DNA from: a virus
Taxonomy: Duplodnaviria > Caudoviricetes
Reading direction: 5' to 3' (one strand)
IMG/VR virus record: IMGVR_UViG_2700989574_000004
Location: 18,729-82,728 of that record
Length of the DNA: 64,000 nucleotides
The notes under the pieces were generated by a model. It saw only the letters and a list, made by a program, of their open reading frames with translations, had not been told where the DNA came from and searched no databases. The position numbers and the translations under genes were made by a program. Shown here in pieces: positions 59,301 through 64,000 of the stretch. The stretch's first letter is position 1; every line of letters starts with the position of its first letter.

Positions 59301-62300
59301 AACACCACAACGTCTATCGAGACCAGCCAGGGTGCGAAAGGTAATAACACCGATGGCCGTGCGTACTTCACGCTGACCACTTCATGGGTTCGCTATTGGG
59401 TTAAGTGGAAACAGACACCTACCACGGGTACCAAGCGCCTGATTCTGTGCCGTATCGAGAGTAATACCTCCAAAGACCAGACGGTGTACATCAACAGTCC
59501 GAAGTTTGAGGTAGGTAACGTTGTTTCCGACTGGAACGACTCTCCGGCTGATAGCGCCAGCGCGTCGGCTGTGGACTTGTTGACAACGACAGTGAATCAG
59601 CAGGGCACTTCCATAAGCTCTATCGGTAATCGCACCACATCGCTGGAAAACGGGCTGTCGACAGCTCAGAACAACATTGCCAGGAAGGCTGATGCTTCTG
59701 CATTGCAGGATCTCCGGAACACGGTGACATCTCAGGGGGGCGATTTAACTGCGGCGAACAGTAGCATTACCAGCCTGCAGGCCTCGATGAACCGTCGCAC
59801 TGTGTTTACTGTCACTGCACGGGGAAATGGCAACAGCGTAACTACTGGGGTTTTTGATGAAAGCGGCAAAAACCTGTTTACCCCTGGTCGCAGCTGGGCA
59901 CTGGTCACTTTTGCAAAACACAGCGACGGATCAACGGTGATTGCGACATCCAAAACATACGATGTCTTTGGCAGCGCGAATAATGGTGCCACGATGTCTG
60001 CTGATATCGAGGCGTTGGCCAGTGGCACTTACGTTTGCGTCCTGACATTCGATGAGCCATCTGGCAACCGAGGTAAGATATTGTCTGCTCTGGAATCTCT
60101 TGGTGGTACATCCGAAGTCGTCAACTCCCTGCCGTATCGTGGTGCCTATATTCTCCTTGGCCGCAAAGGCATGAGGTCGGGCGATGGTCTGGAACTGCGT
60201 GCGCCAACCGGTGGTGACGCCACCGCTCACATTTCGACCTCAGTCGAATTTGTGAACGGGATAATGATGGGGCTGGGTGCAGCCGGCGGTGTGATGATGA
60301 AGGCTGATGCGAACGCGTCGGCAATTACCACGCTCCAGAACACAGTGAAGACCCAGGGGGGTAATATTGACTCCCTGAGTTCCTCGATAACGGCGCTGGA
60401 GAACAGCCTCAGGTCGACAAACGATACGGTGAGTAAAAAGGCTGACACGACTGCAGTGAGTTCACTGACTGGTCGCGTAAGCCAGGTGGAAAACACTATC
60501 ACCAGCCAGTCGCAGAGTATCACGTCGCTGACCAGCAGCATCAATACCATCAGTACTCAGGGAGCTAATCCGTGGGTTGACGGTACGTTCGAAAGCTACG
60601 GAGATGGTCATGTGCTGGGCGGGGGCGGCACCGCCGTTGTGGTGGCGTCTCAGAAATTCACCGGCAATAAGAGCCTGCAGGTGAGTCGAGGAGCGAACAA
60701 CAACGGCAACAGCGATAAACAGCTTGGGAGCTGGCAGTCAGTCCGTGAGGATGCGAAGTTCCGGTTTGAGTTCTGGGCCATGATGCCGGCGGATCAGAAA
60801 CCCTCCTCCGGGTGGACAACGCTGGTCGGTATCAACTCACTGAATGCTGCCGGTCAAAACTCCTGGCAGTCGGCGGTCACTGTCAGCGAAGCCGCTCTTG
60901 GTGCGCGTGATAAGTGGGTGAAATTTACGGGTATTGCCAGTAACAACGGGGGTGGCAGAACACGCGCGGTGGTCTGGATCTCCACCCGTGGCGCCTCCGG
61001 CAGCGGCACCCCCGGTTATTCGCTGTATATCGACGATCTGGTTATCACGGATGTTACCGATGCGAAAGCGGCACAGGATGCCTCTGACGCGACGGCGAGT
61101 GCCGTAAGCGGTCTGACGGCTCGCGTAACGGATGCCGAAGGGAAAATCACCGCCCAGGCGCAGCAGCAGGCGGCACTGGCCACGAAAGTGGATAATGCCA
61201 ACTCCCGCGTCGATAACATGGCGAAGACGCTGAGCGACAGCCAGAACACACAGGCCAGTCTGAATACCTCGCTTCAGTCGCAGATTGACGCGCAGGCGGC
61301 CGCCAACATCAAAAACCAGACGACGCTGGACAACACGATTAAATCGGTGGCCAGTATCACCAGTACCCAGCAGACGCATGCAACGGCACTGGAGGCGCTG
61401 GCAACGCAGCAGACGACCCTGACATCCAGTGTCGGGGATCTCAGTGCTTCCGTTCAGAATACCGCCAAAACCGTGGCGGCTGTGAATGGTACGGTGAGTT
61501 CTCTGTGGTCGATGAAGGTTGAGACGGTTAACGGGAAGAAGGTTGGCGCGGGGATTACGCTGGGCAGCAATGGTGAAACGAGCGACATTATCCTTTATGC
61601 CGACCGCTTCTCGCTGTTTAACCGTAATAATGCGACGGCTGTTCCGGTGATGGTTGCCGAAGGCAATGAACTGTATATCGATACGGCACGTATCAAAAAC
61701 AGTTCCCTGACCTCAACCAAAATCGCGGACGGTTCCATCACGAACGCGAAGATCGGCAACGAGATCCGCTCGAATGACTTTGTAGACGGGTCACGCGGCT
61801 GGCGTATCGCTAAGGATGGCTCTTCGCAGTTCAACAACGTGATCGTTCGCGGTGCGGTTTATGCGACTGACGGCTGGTTCCAGGGGACGGTATATGCGAA
61901 CCACATCGAGGGCGACATCGGGTCATTTGCGATCAACATCGCTCAGCACCGCACGCGCAAGGTGCCGAAGGCTACATGGCAGTGGTTTGAGCTGGCCCGG
62001 TTCCGGCGGCAGAATTTCGACCAGGTGATCAATATTCGCGGTGGACTCCTCCAGACGGATAGCATCACTATCTACGGCGGCGCGAAACTCAGAGCGGGGA
62101 TGTCCTACGCGCCAGGGGCTGACGGCGGACTGAATCCTGGCTATCTGTCGTATGCAATGCTTCTTCGTGGCACAGGCGCTACGTCTGGTGGCGGCAGTAT
62201 GGAGCTAGGCATTGAGCTTATGTATGAAACAGGTGGAGCAACACGCCTGTTAACGGCGCAAGAGTCAATGAACGTAGACAACATGTCATTTGTCGTCCCT

Positions 62301-62435
62301 GCCGGTACTGGCGACGCTGTTCTGCGATATGGCTGTTACCTGGACCGTAACGGACAGATGGTATTAACCATCCTCTCAAGATTCGACGCCTTCGCCGCGC
62401 GCAATAACAACGTAATTCGCGGTTCATCAACCTGA
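53373..62435 (+). CDS. Giant central tail fibre/tip attachment protein J (3020 aa) with six inserted globular modules
   Basis: Lambda J-like N-terminus (LGEGE, WTDNPAW), FN3-like region, repeated KAD..A...L..RV linkers, CBM-like and ILEI-like modules, DUF1983-like C-terminal segment. Confidence 0.93.
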   Translation: MANNIIKGRKGGGSKQRTPTEQPDDLQSVAKAKILLALGEGEFAGGLTGEDIYLDGTPLENADGSQNFSGVSWEFRPGTQAQTYIQGIPGTENEISVGTEVSSKTAWTHTFTNTQLSAVRVRLKWPSLMKQEDDGDVVGNTVKYAIDLQTDGGAWQTVLETAVTGKTTSGYERSHRIDLPQAGSTWTLRLRKISPDANSVKVGDVMTLQSYTEVIDAKLRYPNTALLYIEFDSSQFNGSIPQISCEPRGRVIRVPDNYNPETREYTGVWTGGFKWAWTDNPAWIYYDIVIADRFGLGNRLSSANISKWTLYQIAQYCDQLVPDGRGGDGMEPRYTCNVYVQERNDAYTVLRDFAAIFRGMTCWNGEQIVVQADMPRDVDFTYTRANIIGKPRYSSSSSQVRYTNALVSWSDPDNAYADAMEPAFIPELVSRYSFNQLEMTAIGCTRQSEAHRKGLWGILTNNKDRMVEIDVGLDGRIPQPGYIIALADELLAGRVNGGRISAVNGRVITLDRDVDAKPGDRLQLNLPSGISQSRTIQAVNGRRQITVTTAYSETPERECVWAIESDDLFLQQYRVTGVKENSDATLTITGVAHDPDKFPRIDTGAIIDQRPVSVLPAGNQSPPDDIVITSRSVVNQGISVETMQVNWSAVSGAIAYEAQWRRNDGNWINVPRSSTTSFEVSGIYAGRYLVRVRAINAAEISSGWAYSEEKTLTGKVGEPLAPLALATRSLVHGVQVSWEFPTGSGDTLRTELQYSKNQDGSAPMPLSDVAYPGKSYQQMGLSMGAEFWYRARLVDRLGNESPWTGWVQGIASDNFDDYYENLTDAIKDTDAWEETQRTISETQEGIRNTQQELEQTAEELRQEAADQAKQVSQDIDASAKSITADVDGKLSAVNKTITDELTSVNESLDSGLAQANKGIQEAKSAVADANQQIAILSKSLADGDAALNAQIKTAENGLKQSLSQVNTTLTNAVKQETADRIADVNAKAAQAADELLAATQGIEASIESLTQVMKSADENLAREMSSLAAGANIQFDSHVIWHFNNQTTEGWTGSAGVPGVSQDGWLRPADSATDPYITSPGGLAVNGAAYRFIMLRFRKTGKPVWAGEIRWVSAGENFNNTKRYIVAEPEYADGVATLTVRDIPWTGNIDRIRLDLTNQQDASNFIEFDWIAVGRPAPGASTAALQDVRSTLSNALTAEAQARSTLAAQMRGSYEGSDLEKVTSGLLYQEKTARVTAISAEVKARESLQTQFNDNKAAVSGELSSLTTEQSAQASRIGGLETSLGKKADATALTSLTQKVEQQGATLTSQGAALTSLTNRMGQTETGLAGTNEALSGLESTVTQQGDRITSQGQSITKLTSDLGTTNAALAKKAEASAVTALTQQVEQNGQDIRSNTGSITSLSNQLVNGQPNSWSRRIYPVQLANAGTVPSFSDIRAVAPVVVDEAADAAKLDFTSSGSYLIALYSCQVKVAADTTITMAPGNRVFDDTGAVFVNGVQVAWGNASWTTVSFDLKAGWNTVEFLVNQWTGQAYINLGLKLSDKVAEMYSGLGVSALANAAGVLSSNVSQIGNDVVSNSQSITQLRNALTQTDANVASKADQTAMNSLTGRVEKTESGLTAANSNITSLSSSLSQQSKRGANLLPDGTFESYAVGHNLSNNRVIVTTDDSHGGNKCIRVTRPNDYNANATDNSDNHIFSGFQVRDNAVFYMECWVKRDAKSTAMAENAQISIGLSLQYQDNSWQWPAVTKAAKDLSSTQWTKVSGYLKSTKSGIKQAMVRISIPNVSSVKAGNSFLIDDLVITEVTDAYNAQSTADANANAISTLNSTVSQQGDQITSQGNSITKLTNDLATTNNNVSNKADANALTALTNRVTQTEKDINSTSSSVTNLNNKVDSISVGGTNLIKNSGDMTGWSNVTSETYRGNAVIGATVKAGSGYKDLREITLESPVDAGEYVYSFYAKGGVAGQTMTAFFYNPNTTTSIETSQGAKGNNTDGRAYFTLTTSWVRYWVKWKQTPTTGTKRLILCRIESNTSKDQTVYINSPKFEVGNVVSDWNDSPADSASASAVDLLTTTVNQQGTSISSIGNRTTSLENGLSTAQNNIARKADASALQDLRNTVTSQGGDLTAANSSITSLQASMNRRTVFTVTARGNGNSVTTGVFDESGKNLFTPGRSWALVTFAKHSDGSTVIATSKTYDVFGSANNGATMSADIEALASGTYVCVLTFDEPSGNRGKILSALESLGGTSEVVNSLPYRGAYILLGRKGMRSGDGLELRAPTGGDATAHISTSVEFVNGIMMGLGAAGGVMMKADANASAITTLQNTVKTQGGNIDSLSSSITALENSLRSTNDTVSKKADTTAVSSLTGRVSQVENTITSQSQSITSLTSSINTISTQGANPWVDGTFESYGDGHVLGGGGTAVVVASQKFTGNKSLQVSRGANNNGNSDKQLGSWQSVREDAKFRFEFWAMMPADQKPSSGWTTLVGINSLNAAGQNSWQSAVTVSEAALGARDKWVKFTGIASNNGGGRTRAVVWISTRGASGSGTPGYSLYIDDLVITDVTDAKAAQDASDATASAVSGLTARVTDAEGKITAQAQQQAALATKVDNANSRVDNMAKTLSDSQNTQASLNTSLQSQIDAQAAANIKNQTTLDNTIKSVASITSTQQTHATALEALATQQTTLTSSVGDLSASVQNTAKTVAAVNGTVSSLWSMKVETVNGKKVGAGITLGSNGETSDIILYADRFSLFNRNNATAVPVMVAEGNELYIDTARIKNSSLTSTKIADGSITNAKIGNEIRSNDFVDGSRGWRIAKDGSSQFNNVIVRGAVYATDGWFQGTVYANHIEGDIGSFAINIAQHRTRKVPKATWQWFELARFRRQNFDQVINIRGGLLQTDSITIYGGAKLRAGMSYAPGADGGLNPGYLSYAMLLRGTGATSGGGSMELGIELMYETGGATRLLTAQESMNVDNMSFVVPAGTGDAVLRYGCYLDRNGQMVLTILSRFDAFAARNNNVIRGSST

Positions 62436-62446
62436 TAACAATATAT

Positions 62447-62470
62447 GGCCCCGCAAGGGGCCTTTTCTTT
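62447..62470 (+). terminator. Intrinsic terminator-like hairpin
   Basis: GGCCCC-GCAA-GGGGCC-TTTT. Confidence 0.6.
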
Positions 62471-62503
62471 TTCCAGGGAAAATCATCCAGGAGGAACTTT
62501 ATT

Positions 62504-64000
62504 ATGGCGATGTATGAAGTCGGTACCGTCACGGGTGCCGCGTCGCAGGCACGGGTGACAGGTGCGACAACAAAATGGTCACAGGAGGCGCTGGGGATAC
62601 TGCCCGGGTCGATTCTAGTGGTCTACCGCAGCGGTAGTGCTGACCTGTATGCGATCAAATCCGTGGACAGCGACACGCAACTGACGCTGACCCGGAATAT
62701 CACCACCGCATTTTCCGGTGCCAGTTACGGCATTATTACCGCTGAAACCGCCAGCACCTCGTCGTTTGCTAACCAGCTGGCCAGCGCGTTTGCATTCTGG
62801 CGTAGTGTAGTGGAGGGCTGGTCGATGGCCCTGACCGGCAGCGGCAATATCACCCTGACTGACCCGATCACAGGAAAGCAGGTGACCGTGCCGGCGATAG
62901 CCGGGATGGCGAAGGCCTCGGATCTTAACGCGCTGGCAAAACTCACCGGAGGAAACAAACTCGACGGCTCGCAGGTTATAACCAGCGATAATGCCGGTTT
63001 TATTCTCGGTAAGAACTCAGATCTGGCTCTGCTCAAAAAACAGGGGCAAGGCGGGACGATTGCCGTTGGCTCGGGAACACCGTTCAGGGTTCAGCGTTCA
63101 AGAGCGACCAGTGTATCACCGTCAGACACCTATGATGACATCCTCGTTATTGGCACCAACAACCAGACGACGTTGCCCGGAGATTTGGTTGTCGGTGGTG
63201 GTTTCGATAATACGGCAAAGGGCAAGCTGTATTCCCAGGCGTTAGAGCTGTCGATGGGCACTCCGTACATCGACTTTCATTTTAACTACAGCACCGACGA
63301 CTTCACCGGGCGGATTATGGCCACTGCCGCCGATCAAATTAGTGTACAAGGTAGTCATTGGCGAGTTGACAGGGATCTTCGTGTTGGTGGTATGGCAGAT
63401 ATTGGAGGGTGGGCGCAATGCGGAGTCGACCTTTCGGCCAACAGAACAGACTTTGGTTCCCCTGCTGATGGTTCGTTGGTTTCAGGCGGACGTATTCGAT
63501 CCAGAATGCTGGGACGCGGCGGTAACGGTGACACCTCCGGAGCGTGGGGTGGTTTCTACCTTGAAGAATACGTTGGGTACAACCACCGGGTGGTACTGTA
63601 TATGGACGGTTTTGACAGAAAAGATGCCTGGCTCTTTTACACCGGTGGGACAATCTCCACCCCTAAAGGCGATGTTATGACCACTGGCTCAGACGTGCGG
63701 CTGAAAAAGGATTTTACGGAATCCCAGGAAGGGGCCTCCAGGCGTATTAACGCGCTGGGGGTATGTGAGTTCAACATGAAAGGCGAAACACGCCGTAGGC
63801 GTGGATTTATTGCTCAACAAGCTGAAAAAGTTGACCCGATTTACACCTTTCAAAGCGGCGATGTAGAAATTGATGGCGAGAAGATCAATATCCTTAACGT
63901 AGACCATACGGCCATCATCGCGGATCTTGTTCTTACGGTGCAGGAGTTAACAAAACAAGTTCGTGATTTGAACAAGCAGGTTCAAACAAAAGAGTACTGA
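62504..64000 (+). CDS. Side tail fibre with C-terminal S74 intramolecular chaperone
   Basis: MAMYEVGTV N-terminus, PYIDFH...D...RI fibre motif, SDVRLK...GFIAQ chaperone and terminal coiled coil; TGA at 63998-64000. Confidence 0.88.
   Translation: MAMYEVGTVTGAASQARVTGATTKWSQEALGILPGSILVVYRSGSADLYAIKSVDSDTQLTLTRNITTAFSGASYGIITAETASTSSFANQLASAFAFWRSVVEGWSMALTGSGNITLTDPITGKQVTVPAIAGMAKASDLNALAKLTGGNKLDGSQVITSDNAGFILGKNSDLALLKKQGQGGTIAVGSGTPFRVQRSRATSVSPSDTYDDILVIGTNNQTTLPGDLVVGGGFDNTAKGKLYSQALELSMGTPYIDFHFNYSTDDFTGRIMATAADQISVQGSHWRVDRDLRVGGMADIGGWAQCGVDLSANRTDFGSPADGSLVSGGRIRSRMLGRGGNGDTSGAWGGFYLEEYVGYNHRVVLYMDGFDRKDAWLFYTGGTISTPKGDVMTTGSDVRLKKDFTESQEGASRRINALGVCEFNMKGETRRRRGFIAQQAEKVDPIYTFQSGDVEIDGEKINILNVDHTAIIADLVLTVQELTKQVRDLNKQVQTKEY

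Overview
The whole window is prophage DNA: one prophage nested inside another. (1) An outer lambdoid, HK97-like cos prophage on the + strand; the host is probably Klebsiella or a related enterobacterium (inferred from protein style only). It runs from the 3' end of a pinholin through SAR endolysin, Rz/Rz1, HNH, terminase, portal, S49 protease, capsid, head-tail and tail genes, a low-GC PDZ lipoprotein moron, a 3020-aa modular central fibre J and a side fibre with an S74 chaperone domain. (2) An apparently complete ~34.6 kb Mu-like transposable prophage (257..34861, mostly - strand) inserted inside the outer phage's endolysin gene, splitting its catalytic triad. The inner phage has Mu-type early and head genes (S24 repressor, ner, A, B, GemA, Mor/C-type activator, GH108 lysis cassette, terminase, portal, F, G, I, T) but a non-contractile tail. 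It has no gin/mom; instead it ends in a second tail-tube paralogue, an SGNH-esterase fibre and an orphan. Best candidates for undescribed biology: an antisense Zn-ribbon gene plus a convergent late partner between the inner terminase genes (Tab/anti-Tab-like layout) with an alternative-hairpin switch at the terL RBS; the duplicated tail-tube gene as a possible fibre adaptor; a non-5-bp target duplication; and the beads-on-a-string J protein. All family assignments are from motif recognition by eye; no searches were run.
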